Assembly: GCA_965113315.1 (NCBI GenBank)
Contig: OZ220370.1
DNA length: 64,000 nucleotides
From: Podarcis vaucheri
Lineage: Eukaryota
Direction: 5' to 3' (one strand)
In this document: positions 39,060 through 52,204 of the stretch, one piece after another
Layout of the letters: each line of letters starts with the position of its first letter
Numbering within the stretch: position 1 is the first letter of the stretch
Translations under genes and position numbers: made by a program
Notes under the pieces: generated by a model
The model's database searches: none
What the model saw: the letters and a program-made list of their open reading frames with translations, nothing else
What the model was told of the DNA's origin: nothing

Positions 39060-41620
39060 TTATTGAATTCCCTGGGAGTCATGGTAGCTGAGAGGCTATG
39101 ATGGAGATGGATCCTGATCCTCAGATAGATGAAATCTTGAAAAGGATCATATAAGACTTCCCTAAATGATGTGGCTCTGAAGACAACTTCCAAAATCCCT
39201 CAGTAAAAGAGGTTGTGGAAACTGCCAGTATTATATCCAGCAGAATTAATTCCTGAAAGAAAATATTTGATACCATTTAGGTTTCACTTAGAGAGCTGGA
39301 TAAAAGTAGACTGCTAAACTGCTTTCAAATCCATTGAAACAAATACCTGGACATTAAGGATGTGCCTTGGATACCTGGGCCCAGTATTGTTATCCTTTCC
39401 TCTATCTCAGAAGGGAAGAACAAGAGTTGTTTTTTAGCAAAGATCAGGCTCCATGGAATCTTCTTTCCAGTAACAAAGGGATTCCAGAGATAGCTTAAAT
39501 ATTTCCCCCCCAAAAAATGTGCCCACCTTGTAAAGCAGATTGCTTTTTACAGAACATCCCTGGTAGGTAAGAGTGATGGAATGTAGTGGTTGCAGATGAT
39601 TTACGTTTCAGTACACCCTTGCATTCTGCATACTTCAGCAGTGGCATTTGCATTGGAGGTCCTGCTGGTTGTTTAGTGACTCAGGAACTAACTACTGCCA
39701 AACCAGTCTTGAGCATTCCACATCCAGAAAATTGAAGATAATTTATCAGTTTTAGGAAGATGGATGTTGTTTTGTGGTCACATAATTACCATATTGTTGA
39801 CAATTTGCTAGGCAGAAAAACGAAAAAAATGAGCAAACTCCTCACAGCTCAGCTCAATAAATCAAGACAATGCAAGATCAAACAGTGGTTCTGCTTTAAG
39901 TTTGTTTTCTAATTAGGCTTATGCAAACCAATTCCCCAAGTTTGACTGTAATAGCTAACTATGGTTTCTTAAAAAGTGAAAACAGAAAATTTATATCTCT
40001 TTGTGACCACAAAAGTGGGGGAAGAAAGAGTACGCAAGCTTGAGGCTCACCATAGCTTGTTAAGATAGAAGGACAGCAGCATCTGAATGGGACTATGATC
40101 ATTCAATAACTTTTCACTATCTCCTAATCTTTCCTGGCATATGGTTAGATCACTCAGGGCAGATATGGGGCTTGTGCCGTTTGGTTCCTTTGATTTTCTA
40201 ATGGAACTTCAAGTTAAGTATTACATTACCTAGAGTACAGGGTTGTTGTCAAAAACATTAGATGCATGTTTTATATGACTTTCCCCCCTCCTTAACATCT
40301 ACCGTAGTTCTCTGTTATGGCCTCTGTATAGTTCCACAGATGGGATCTGTAGCTCTGCAGGCCGTTCATTGAGGATTTGGCATCTGTGGCACTCAAACTA
40401 CTGTGATAAATGTTTGAAGATGTGAGAATAAGGTAGCCCAGACCAAGCAGCTCAGATATCCATGCCACCATTGGATCTGAAGGTCTCAGATCTGATAAAC
40501 CAACAAGAAGAATTACCGTTTCATTGTGAGATTTGGCTGATTCAGGCTTCATATACATGACAGTGTATATGCAGCTGCAGACATATGGGGGGAGGTTTAT
40601 AGAGTATAAACATCTACTAGCCAGGTTGTCTCTTCCCAAAGATGCATCAACTTGCATACAGCAACAAGGAGGGAGCAGAGGTGACACTGGGCACTTCAGA
40701 TATCCAGCAGTGCCTATTTTGCCACTAAAAATAGGACTACATGGGGAAATGATGCTACAGTGGTGCCTCGCAAGACGAAATTAATTGGTTCTGCGAGTTT
40801 TTTCGTGTAGCGAATTTTTCGTCTTGCGAAGCACGGTGTCGGAAAAGTTTTGGAAAAGCTTCAAAAATCACCAAAAACCTCAAAAAAGGCTACCACACCG
40901 CATTCTATGAGTTGCTCCTCAAAGTCAAGTCGCAACTGTATTAACAGTGTTAAGAAAAAGGAAACAAACTTGCAAGACGTTTTCGTCTTGCGAAGCAAGC
41001 CCATAGGGAAATTCGTCTTGCGAAGCAGCTCAAAAACCGCAAAACCCTTTCGTCTAGCGAGTTTTTCGTCTTGCGAGGCCTTCGTCTTGCGGGGCACCAC
41101 TGTATTCACATCAATTTTTGCTGGAGATAAGCCCCTCTGACCATTGAAGGGCCTCCCCACCGCCAGTGGAAATTGATGCAAATAGCATGTTTTTCTGCTG
41201 GGGATGTAGTCCCCATTCCTATGGGAATAGATGCTTTACCAGGAATCTGAAAGACCCATGGCTTTTCCAACATGATAGGTAAGCTCAACATTGATCAAGG
41301 GCTCAACATTGTGTTGGACCATTTGATTCTTACCATTGGGTGCATTAATTATGCAAAACAATTTCTGCTCATTCTACCCCTACCTGCTTATTTCTAAGCA
41401 GACCTCTCTACAAACAGCTAAGCATACAGAGGATTTGAACATATTTTGACCTGGCAGAAAAATGCATTAGTTGACAATTTGGGAAGGAGCACCTTACTCT
41501 CTAAAAAGTCTAGAAGTTTCTATGAACTGGCTTATCCAGATGGAAATCCTATATGAATGAATTTACAGGCAGCTACTCAGAGAACAGCAGTTACGGGTAA
41601 ATGTAACTCTGTTTTGTACT
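39060..41620 (+). mobile_element. Possible highly degraded DIRS-like retrotransposon remnant (host of the 40758 MITE)
   Basis: Ends in GAGAACAGCAGTTACGGGTAAATGTAAC, which resembles DIRS termini. A similar motif is at ~45345-45390. No intact ORF, and the boundaries are uncertain. Confidence 0.3.
40758..41102. mobile_element. Tc1/mariner (pogo/Tigger-like) MITE, same TIR family as 34410-34751
   Basis: TIRs CAGTGGTGCCTCGCAAGACGAA / TTCGTCTTGCGGGGCACCACTG with TA TSDs. Confidence 0.92.
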
Positions 41621-42712
41621 TACGCCAAGTCCTGATTTCATTATGGCATGTGTTTCCCTGCTCCATATAATTGTCTGCACTACATGCAAGCATGTACATG
41701 TGACATTGTGTGTCCGCGTTGCGGTGGGCACCCACAATCCCAAGGGTGAGTTGGCACCCTGTCTTGAAGCTTCACCCTGCTACTGTCATTGCTATCCATG
41801 CCAGCCACACAACCCGCAAGCCACATACCCATCAGTCCCCCTTGTGTGGAATAGCCCTATGCATGTACATTGTTATGCACATGGGGCCCTTTAACATGGT
41901 CACTAACACACAAATTGCCAATGGAAGGGCAAGGCTAGTCAATGCAACCCCCTCACAGGTGCTTTCAACTATGGCCGTGCCAAAAGCTGTCAAAAGTTTC
42001 CCAAAAATATTATCCCCTGAAAAAAACAGGGACAAGCTTTCTGCCTTTCAGAGGGAATTTATCTGGATTTTTTTTTCCAGTGGCGGGCAGGGAGGTTTGC
42101 AGCTTACAAAGTGGCTGCAGCATGAAGATCTCTCTGCATTCTGCCACCATCCATGTTTCCTGGAATGTTTTGAGAGTGACATCTTGTTGCATTGCATCAC
42201 TCCCAAGGTTACATTTAAATCCTCAGGCACATTACATGGTTAAGTAATGTAAGTAGCAGCACCTCTCCATGAAATTTTTTTTGGGGGGATTTCTTCTCTC
42301 TTCACCTCCCTCCGAAAAATGTCAGAGGTGGTTTCATTTCACACTCATCTGCAAATGGTAGAAAAATGAATATTAGACTCAGTTATACTTTGAACCTTTG
42401 AGGAAGTTGTCATGTGAGCTTTATTAAAGACATCAGAATATATGATAATTTAAATTAGATTAAAATTTAAATTAGATGAAACAGAGGAGAAGAGGAAATT
42501 GCTGTTTTCAGCACAGTACTTGTTCTTTTTATTGTACATTTCCCCCTTTAGGTATTTTTGATGTTTGCTAGACTGCCTCATGCAGCAGGAAAAGGGTTGG
42601 ATGAACATTACATAATGGTCATTATCTTTTGTGATAAAGCAAGAAAAAGCATAGAGCACCTAAGGCAATTCAAAAATGTCTGAAATATCTTTGCTGTTTA
42701 TTTTATGTTCAG

Positions 42713-42784
42713 GAGGAATAGAAAGGAGGGAAGAGTGCCTATAACATATTATGATGACACTGATATTTCCCCTACTCCTGAAAG
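42713..42784 (+). CDS. RIMS2: Candidate RIMS2 72-nt cassette exon (RRNRKEGRVPITYYDDTDISPTPE), phase 2-2
   Basis: ttgctgtttattttatgttcag|GAGG...GAAAG|gtattt. Stop-free with a purine-rich start. TGCATG at 42961. Confidence 0.75.
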
Positions 42785-43956
42785 GTATTTTGATTCATAT
42801 AGTAGATGTAGATAAGAATCTGTATTAAAGCATTTTCTGAGCACCCCTGCTGTAGAATTTTGAAATAGCTAAGAATTGTGATACTTGTGTTCTTTGTGCA
42901 ATATATTATTCCAAGTGATCTGTTATAAAAGGCTTGAACTAGCAGTGAGTAGTTTAGTATTGCATGAGCCGCACAGTACTTTTTCACCTAGAAGATATTT
43001 ACTGGTAGAATGTGTGCACTGCAGCCAATTTCTTCTTAACACTGTTACTTTTCTCTTATGCCCATACCTTTCCCCCCCACAAGTAACAATGTCACAAATC
43101 TCTGGGGGTTTTTCTGGATATCCCTACTAAGCATCTTCTTATTTGCAGGGGGTGGAGATATGTAGGCATTTTGGGAATCAATCCAAAGCTCTGTGCTTCT
43201 GCATTGCATGCATAGCTGCAAAAGTGAGATTTTGCAGAAACAGGAGATAACAGTGACCTCTGCATAGGGGTGATCTATGCGTACACTGGAGTTAAGTATG
43301 TGTAGTGATGCTACCAGTCTGTGAAACTTCTCTTTAAACATAGGCTTCTCCCAGTCTAAGACTTAATCGGTGCTGCACAAGTACTGTGAAAGGGCACTGA
43401 TGGTCAGCTGGCTGTTCAGCCAATTCCAGGATAGTTGGTTGGATTGACAGGAGGCGGATGAGCTGCTTATTATTCCTTGAAGGTTACCTCCAACCATGCC
43501 TGTTCTAATATTTGTATCAGTTTGGTTGATGAGAGCTTATGGGTAGTTGAGACTAATGCACTAATATTAGAAACAGGTCACTTTCTCAGCTGCCTGCTAA
43601 GTAGTTTTTGCAAGCCTTGATAGTCTTAGCCACTGCTAAAGATGCTAAGGATGTTCCCCCACCCCAGTAGCATATATTGCTACCTGTATATGGATGCTGT
43701 TTCACTGTTGTGAGAGAATTCTGTATCTGTACATTTGAGTAATTATTATATGATTTGGCTAATTGCATAATAGTAGCATTATTCTGATTTTTTGCTGTTA
43801 TTATTAAACATCACACCTTATGCAATTCCTGAACCAAAATAAATATTTCCCTACACCCAAAGTGCTTATGATCATGGACATGGTAAAAAAAAAAAGGCGG
43901 GGGTTTATTTCTGAATACTTTTGAGGATTTCTCCTATTATCTGCTAACATAAAAGT

Positions 43957-43958
<2 letters not shown>

Positions 43959-44002
<44 letters not shown>
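43959..44002. repeat. (AC)n microsatellite
   Basis: About 20 AC units, imperfect at the 5' end. Confidence 0.95.
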
Positions 44003-44004
<2 letters not shown>

Positions 44005-45070
44005 TTAAAGATCCATTATATCTTGTTTTAAATTCATTCTTGAATTTTATTTTCATGAAAGCACATGGTTCTGATTTTATAAGTCAACCTACTTATTTCT
44101 GTAAAAGTAATATGCCATTGGTAGACATAGCAAAGCACATCTATTGTCATATCTTTTCATTGCTTTATTTCCATATTTTCCCCATCTTATGAAAATTTTA
44201 CAATTTTGAGTAAGTCGTTTGGTTGCTGCCATGCTGCATAAGTTACACTGATGAACATAACTTGGTTAGGTCCATTAATTTCACTGGGCCTATTGTGAAT
44301 ATAACTTAGTTGAATATGACCCCAAAAATTCCACTATATTTTATAAAACGCACTATTCTTGCAAACAGTATTCACATAATGTTATATATTTTTAATTGCC
44401 CCAGTTGAAATATTTGTTACTCACAATGTGTGTATGGTTAGGCTAAAGAATACACATTATTATGCCATCAGTAAATGCAATGTATTATTATGTGTTTCAT
44501 GGATATATGCAAAGCATTTATACACTACTGTTGCTGCCAGCACATCTGTATGTACCCCATAGTTACATGTGGCATACAAACCAGGATTGGCCATGGCTTC
44601 CGTCTACATGCATAGAAGTTGGCAGAATAATTTGCTGCCCCATAGAGTATGAAGTGGCTCTCAGTTTCACAGCACTATCATGCCAGTGATACAGATATAT
44701 GGTCTGGTGCATATATTTAAGATTGGAATGGCTGTTTGGTCATACATATTTTAACTGTAAAAAGAAAAAGGGTTCTTTGACTATATTCCATAAAACACAA
44801 GTCTTATCAAAACAATATAACACAGAAAACCAACAAACAAACCATAGACTGAATATTAGAAGATAATAGGTCAAATGGGCTGACAGTGATTCAGTGTACC
44901 AGTATGTTAAGGGGGAACATACATATACATCCATTCATTGAAAGAGATATACAGAAAACATTGGAAATAATTGCCAGATTAGTCAGTCAAAAATATGTTT
45001 TCATGAAAAGTTTTGATATGTAAATAGCTTCATCTTTATAACATGTCTTTATTTTAACTGCATTGCAAAG

Positions 45071-45133
45071 GTATTACAATGGTGCAAGTTCATGGGCAGA
45101 TCATGTAGTCAATGGTTCAGCTGAAAACTATGG
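45071..45133 (+). CDS. RIMS2: Candidate RIMS2 63-nt cassette exon (RYYNGASSWADHVVNGSAENYG), phase 2-2
   Basis: ttttaactgcattgcaaag|GTAT...TATGG|gtaagt. Consensus donor, stop-free, two TGC motifs just before the acceptor. Confidence 0.78.
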
Positions 45134-46724
45134 GTAAGTAAAGAGTGCAGTGTTACACTTCTATGATTAAAGACATGTACTCATAATTTAAATGTAGTGT
45201 TATTTTATTAATGGGTTTCACACCTGATTAAGTGTCATTTTTTTCACTAGACCTAAGAGGGTTAGGTTTTAATATGACATGTCCATTTTCTTCTTCTTTC
45301 CATGTTGCATCACACGCATAGTTTGTTTAATTGTATGTAGATCTTTCTCAAAGAACAACAGTTACAGGTAAGCAAACCTGTTTTCTTTGAGCAGGTTTCC
45401 ATACACAAGCATATGTACACGTTGTGTCCCTGTATCTGAACCTCTTTTGTAGAGTATGTTCTGTTCATTTTTAATCCAAAATTACCTGTGCACTGACACT
45501 ACATTTAAATTAATAAGGCACATTGTATCCCTTATTTCCAGAGTTAGTTTCAACCTCATCATGGGAAGAGAGAGAATAGCAAATATGCTTCAAATATTTA
45601 TATGAATCTGGGTTTTTAATTGGAAAAAGTTTCATAGAAGACAGATGACACAGTTTGGAGGCAGTGAAAATGATGAAGCAGCATAGTAGGAGCTCTTCAG
45701 GTGAAACACTGTCCATCTCCAGTTACGTGTGTTGATTGTAGTGTCAGCTGATAGTGGTCAATCAACAGCAGAAAACTTTGGAATGTTCTGATTAACAGCA
45801 GTCTGTTGGAAACCCAAATGACTCTGCTCTGTATGATAAAGGCTCTCATACCAAGAAGGAAGTTGTGAATTGTGAACAGCCTTTTGTTGCAATTTATGTT
45901 GTAGTGGTGCTATAATTTACCTTTCCTCCCTGGTGTTTTTTTTTTTTTTTTTTGCATTTTTTCATTATTGGTAAACTTCTGAATAGTTCCAAACTTTATG
46001 CCACTCATTTATAGGCCACCAAAAGCTTATATAGTAGCCCATTTCTGTGTTTCAGTAGAGAGAAAAATGAATAAAGGATCTGCACACTAACATGTCGACA
46101 GTCCACTCTGGCAGGTGTTTGCAAACTGCTCCACCAAAAAAAAATTAAAAAATTCAAGAGAAGTTAAGATCCTTTTTAAATTTTGTTCTGCCAGACAAAT
46201 TTGCCATGCAGATATATTGCTCGGGGAACAGGAAAATTGAAGAAGCAATAGATATTGTTTAGTGGGTCTCGTTTCATGCATCCCTAGATGGTGTGAACAG
46301 CATTTGATGCAGCTAGAATAACTGGATATTTTTGAGTTTTTTGTTGTAGTTTCTTTTCATGGCACTTGGCTACATCATTTTCTTTCCAAATATTATGATA
46401 CATACCTTAACGCTGAAACCAGCTTTGTTCAATGTGATATATGAGGTGTTAGGGGAATGGGAATACCACTGGTGGGGACACATCGTGCTCCTTCTGTGGT
46501 AGTTTGTCCACCTTTGGCCCCTACCCTGCACTTGCCTGTGGCTCATAGAAACTGTCAGCATAAGACAGTGAATGGTTTCAGCTGGCCAGCCAAACCAGGT
46601 GAGAGTAACAAATGGGTCTCTAATCTTTGATGAGTTAGGAGCTTCCTTTGCACGCAAAGACAGGCTCTGGCAGATTGAGCGGATGAGACCAATAGTGGTT
46701 CCAACCGTCAGGAAGAGTTTCTGC

Positions 46725-47045
46725 ACATGCGGTAGAGGGAAGTGAGCAGTAGATGGGGCTCATCAACCTGGGAAGGTAGCCCATCTAGGAGAAGTAAAAC
46801 TCTGTTCCTAAATCCCTGCTGCCTTGCGGAATATCTTCAGGAGAAGAAGAGGCTAAGGAGTGAACGCTGCACAGAAAATCCAGAGCGGAGCTCCTAAGAC
46901 AGTTGGTTGGTGCCTTGTATGCCGCCTCCTGGCAACTCCCGCAGCCAAGCTGGCGCCAAACATATTGCATCAGTGAGGCCGAGAGAGGGGTCTTGTTGTC
47001 TGGGCAGCCCAGCACCTTCATACACACTGCCCAAGCTTACAACCC
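46725..47045. mobile_element. GC-rich interspersed repeat, family unassigned (possibly RTE/LINE-derived)
   Basis: Sharp compositional island with retained CpGs in an AT-rich intron. No splice-compatible exon found. Confidence 0.4.
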
Positions 47046-50000
47046 AGTGAGGTTCATTATTGGGCCTATAAGTTATTTTATACTTTACTTAACTGGCAGT
47101 AGCAGGTGAATGAGAAATAAGAAAAATTAAAGATATTTGGGAAGAAATAGGACTGTCTTTTACTACTTGTGTTGAGACTAGAGCATTCTGTAATAGATGA
47201 TTTAAAAAAAGTCAAAATTCTACATATCATATAGCATATAAAATGTACAGAAACAGTGCAGAGGTAGGATACTAGGAAAGAAAAGAATCATATTCTCTGC
47301 CTTACATAGAGGCTGGATGCATAAATCTGTTCATTTTTAATTTCTGACTTTGCTTATAGGCAGCCTTGAAGCAAATGGTGGAAAATTTGTTAAAACTAAT
47401 CTAGGAAACACTTTATGTATTTTTAAAACACTCCTAAAATTAAACCACATTTTTCCTGCCTATTTAATTAGCTGTTTGGATTTAACATAGTTTATGTTGG
47501 AGTTTTAACTTCAAGGGAAGAAAATATGGAGAAAATACTTCTTATAGCTTTTAGAAATACTTTTGAAATTAGGAATTTTCACAAATAGCTTGCTGTGATA
47601 GATATTTTGGAAAAACTATTTACTAATATCATAGACTTTTGGGATATACTGCTTAGAAGCCATCACAAGTACATAATGGTGAAAATGAAATCTTATGCAG
47701 ACAGATTCACTTTTTCTGGTTTGCCATAGCATACATTCGTCATATATGGTCTCTTTAAGACATTATTTTATTATCTCAATTCTATATTCAGTATATCTGA
47801 GCATACTTTTGCTAATATTACATATATGATGGCTTAATTTTATAATGTTAGTACATAGGAATTTTATGATTATATTATGCACTATTAGTGACTGTGGTCC
47901 GCTTTAAAATGAAATCTCAGTTACTCAGTATGTAATTCTTTTAAAATTGCTTTGTTGATAGCTTAATACTGGTGTTTTACCTTGGTTAAAAAATAGAAAT
48001 ATGAGTTGTTTGTGTGTAGCAGTGGTTAAAGATGGTGTGCTAACAAAGGATATTGTGTCTGTGACCAAACAGCAAATTTCCAATAGCTAGTAGAAGAATA
48101 GCATGTCCAAGGATTGAGATCCAACAGCCTTCCACAGATACGGACAGGTACTTCCAGTAAAAAGTAGCTAGAATAGCCTTGCACTTGTTACTCTTAGGTA
48201 TTTGTTTGTTTGTATTCCTGTTGCAGTGCAATCAGTGTCTCTAGAAGTAGAGGAAGCCTTAAATGGTCATTAAAATGCACCATTTTCATGCTGCATTTTT
48301 GTGTTTTCATTTCTTTGTCACTGACACATTCATTGCTTTAAGTGGCTTCATTGTTTTAGCCCTGGCTGCTGCCATTACTTGTCATGTACCATGGACAGAA
48401 AACCAAATACTGTGTCTAACAAAGCAGATAGCACCTGGCCTAGGAAGCAATGAATTGTCTGTGCTCATGCATCATCATGTTTCCTAATTTGCTCATTGTA
48501 GCAATATATATAATTTTAAAACTTTCTATGTTAACGGAGTTCCCTTAATTATACATAACTTTGATGTGCAAGATTCATTTTCTACTTATTTTTAAAAGTT
48601 ATGTGAATCTAATCAGCTTAGGATGTACATAAAGATTTTGTTTAGACAAGATTATTGCAGTGTGACACAAATAGATCGTTTTAGCTTGTCAGGTTAGATC
48701 TTAACTAATGTAATTTAAGTTCTAGTTCTGATATGTCTGGTGGATTTGTAAATTCCAAGTTCATGATGACATTTGGCCTAGTAAAACTATGCAGAATCTA
48801 CCTGCTGGGTTAAGAAACCCAGCTCTAGTCAGTGTACAGGGAAATAATGTACCGGTACTTGGATCTCTCACAAGTTGACAAAAAAATAGAGTGAGGGTTC
48901 TTTCCAGTAAAGATTGATGTTGAAGTAATTATTGTTCAAATAGTGGGATGGCAAACACTTGTCTGTAATGCAAAAAGAGTTTGAAAACATATTGGGTATT
49001 ACTTTTCATTGTGATTGCAATCTACTTTTATTTTTACATAGCTTTCAGCAATTAAAGAAAGAAATACTAGTTGTGTGACTGAATATCATTAGAATGACTT
49101 AAAATTAATCACATGTGCTTGAAAAGCTTAACATGTGACAAGGCAAGGATGTTCCACTGAAAGGTATAAAGAGTTTTATAATTCAGAGAGCTATTCAAGA
49201 GCTATAGGTTGGATATTGAACTAGTGTGAAGTGTATTGATTGATAATGTACCCATAAATGACTCAGGAAAAGTTGGCTGCATTAGAGAACATAGAATCTA
49301 TATCTTCACAGATCCTTTTATGAATCCTGCCCTCAAGAGCATTATCTCTTTCATATATGGAGTACCTTAGTAAAATGTGTCTTTAAAAAGGTCTCGCTCT
49401 TCTTAGACCATCACTTTTAGTGTCCTGTAGATGGAAAAAGAAAGCCTTTGGCTGTGGGGGGGTCTTCTTGCATTACCTTTCCAGTGTTGGAGCTGCTGCA
49501 GTGGAATTGCTTTTGGTGCCATGAGAATGACACCAGAAGTCCCAGAATACACAAGAGGAGACTTCATAAGAGCTCCTCCTGGAAACTGCGCTGATGTGTA
49601 AAGGAACCACAAATTCTCTCCTTTGGTCTTGGGGCTTCTGACATTGTCTTCTTGATACAAGAAGGGAGAAATTGCAGAAACTCCCACACTGTGGTGGTAA
49701 AATGACAAGCGGCCCTTAAGTAAATTTTACATAAAAGATTTTTTAAGGGGAAACCTCCCCCCCCTCCATCAAGACCTGTAGTTATAGACTTGACACTTCA
49801 TTGCTTCCCCGTAAATATACACCTCTCTGTTAAATGCAGCATTAGCTAAGGTGACCTTTTTTTGTTTATCCTTGACATTAAAGAAGTGAAACAGTGGATG
49901 TATTGGCAGATCAAGCTTCCTGTTCAGAAAGTGAATATATAGATCCAGAAGAAAACATGAGGTAATCTTTGTGAGTTTGTCTGAGGCCAGCTGTGATACT

Positions 50001-50886
50001 TCCCTGATAGTTAGTATCTCCTGCTGATCATGTGTTCCAGTGTACAGTATCTGCTTGTTACGTGCTTTAGATTAAGGCTATTGGAGGATGGTATTATTCT
50101 GAACCTGTCTGTGGGGCATTTATTTAGTACCTCATTGAAAGCCTACAACCCTAAAAAATGGTTTTGTGTGATCACATTTCTGAATTAACTTTATTTGAAA
50201 ACTTTTTGTTTGAAAACCTTTTAGGTATTCTTTCATTATGCTGATATACTAACCATTTGATGTGATCTATATTTTCCCCTCAGAAGTGCAACTAGTATTC
50301 CTGCATAGGTCATATTCAGTAGCAGATAATTTTCATCTGCTTTAAAAAAGAGGAAAAAAACAGCAACTTTCCTTGAATAAAGTTAAGCCTATTGGTTGAC
50401 ACCAGCATCTTTTGAACGGAAAACATTATTAATGAAAATATCAAGATCCTGAAGTCTTTTACTCATATTTAGTTATCCTTATCAAGTGTACTGACGTTAA
50501 TGACAACCTTACTGACTGAGAGTGCAAGTTATGACCTTACTTTTAAAAATATTAACTTGGCTTTCTATTTTTAGTCAAGCCAATGGTTTTTATTCTTAAT
50601 TCAGAGAGTCTTCACAAAACAGTAAATGACTCATTCTAATGCAGGATATCCTAGTACACAAGCTGCAGATTATGACATTTAAAATGTTTTCATATACCAA
50701 ATTATTAATAAAGGGACAAACTCCCTTCATACGTCTTCTATGTTATCAGGAAGCTAACTAAAACAAAGAACGAAAAAGCTGTTAGAAATGTACATAATGT
50801 TGATCATCTCCGAACCCAGTATGATGCGGCATAATGCGTAACTATAGATAAAGGTCAATTGAGCTGCTTTTTGACTAACATTACAG

Positions 50887-51060
50887 GAATTGGGGACCTA
50901 GACTACCATATCAAAGATCCAGATCAACAGAACAGCGTCCTGTGGTAGAGCGGCCCAGCCCCCGCTCTCGATCCACTGAGCGTCCTGACTCAAATCTCAT
51001 GAGATCGATGCCTTCATTAATGACGGGAAGATCTGCCCCTCCCTCACCTGCCTTATCGAG
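50887..51060 (+). CDS. RIMS2: RIMS2 exon (RNWGPRLPYQRSRSTEQRPVVERPSPRSRSTERPDSNLMRSMPSLMTGRSAPPSPALSR), phase 2-2
   Basis: gactaacattacag|GAAT...TCGAG|gtgaaa, 174 nt. NLMRSMPSLMTGRSAPPSPALSR is characteristic of RIM2. Confidence 0.95.
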
Positions 51061-52204
51061 GTGAAACAGACAACCCAATCAGACTAATCCTGCCCCACTA
51101 GCTCACTTTTTATTTTCCCCAAAGCTCAATGGTATTGCCTTTCATCATTGACTGATCACCAGTAGCCGTAGATACTAACCCTGCCAACGCCAACACACTA
51201 TTTATATTCCACAGGGGATATAATGGTGTGGCTGCCATTCTAATTTGTTTACTAACAATGATTAATGACATAAATAATTACATTTGTTTTTGTGATTTCT
51301 CATTTATCAGGAATCCTGGGTGATTTCTCACACCATGTGCACCTCATAACTGCCATGTATTTCTCTTACAGAATGAGAAATTGTATGTGGTCATCTGACA
51401 TCGCTTATGGAATTATCACCATAACATCAAATGAAACTTTTTTTTTCTTTCAAAAAACAGTTTCTTAAATTTGATTGTATTAATTGTATGTACGATTTTA
51501 ACCGCTGTTTTCTCTGATTTGCTGTGTGCATGTTCTGCATTGTTCCTGTCTAAGTAATGTATTTCTGATCAAACAGTATTGAAATAAGTAAACTGTTTTG
51601 ACAAAAAGTACAGTGGACATAGCATAGAAATGTGTGGAGCTGATTGTGTCCACAGAAATTACTTTCTAGCAAAATATTATGATTCTTTGTCTTTTAGTGG
51701 TGAATTAGGATGATTAAGAGCAATCATATTACTCCATTTCAGTCACTGAAATGTACATCTGCCTTATTGCTTGCCTTATATTCATAGCTGAATAAAACAC
51801 TGATTCAATATGTTAACTGAATTCTGAAACCATACGTATCTTTCTGCTGGACTTTAAAATATAGAACATATACATACACACAATTTTATGTGTATCTCTT
51901 TCTGTATGTGTTATTGCATCTGTGTGCATATATATATATATATATCTACATACATTTTCATAGAAAATTTGCAGATGCAATTCCTTAAACATTACATGTA
52001 TCATCCTTTTGCATAATTTTGGCTTTTTCCTCAGATGAACCTTCCTTTTAGCAATAACTATGCCTTCTAAAACGCATAGGGCCGAGCTGCCACAGCTAAC
52101 AAAGGTTCAACTTGTACAAAAACCATTCCTCATTTATTTGTTTTTCAGACACCTTGGAACAACTCTGTCTCACTGTTAATGGTTTCTTTTGCTGTGTCCT
52201 GTAG

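Noticed and set aside
41710-42243. 177-aa ORF
   Set aside because: No ATG context, splice signals or recognisable domain. It lies in degenerate repeat-like intronic DNA.
52021-52110. Acceptor-like sites (ttcctcag, ccttttag) upstream of the RIM-BP exon
   Set aside because: Both hit stop codons within a few codons in the required frame and lack a good donor.
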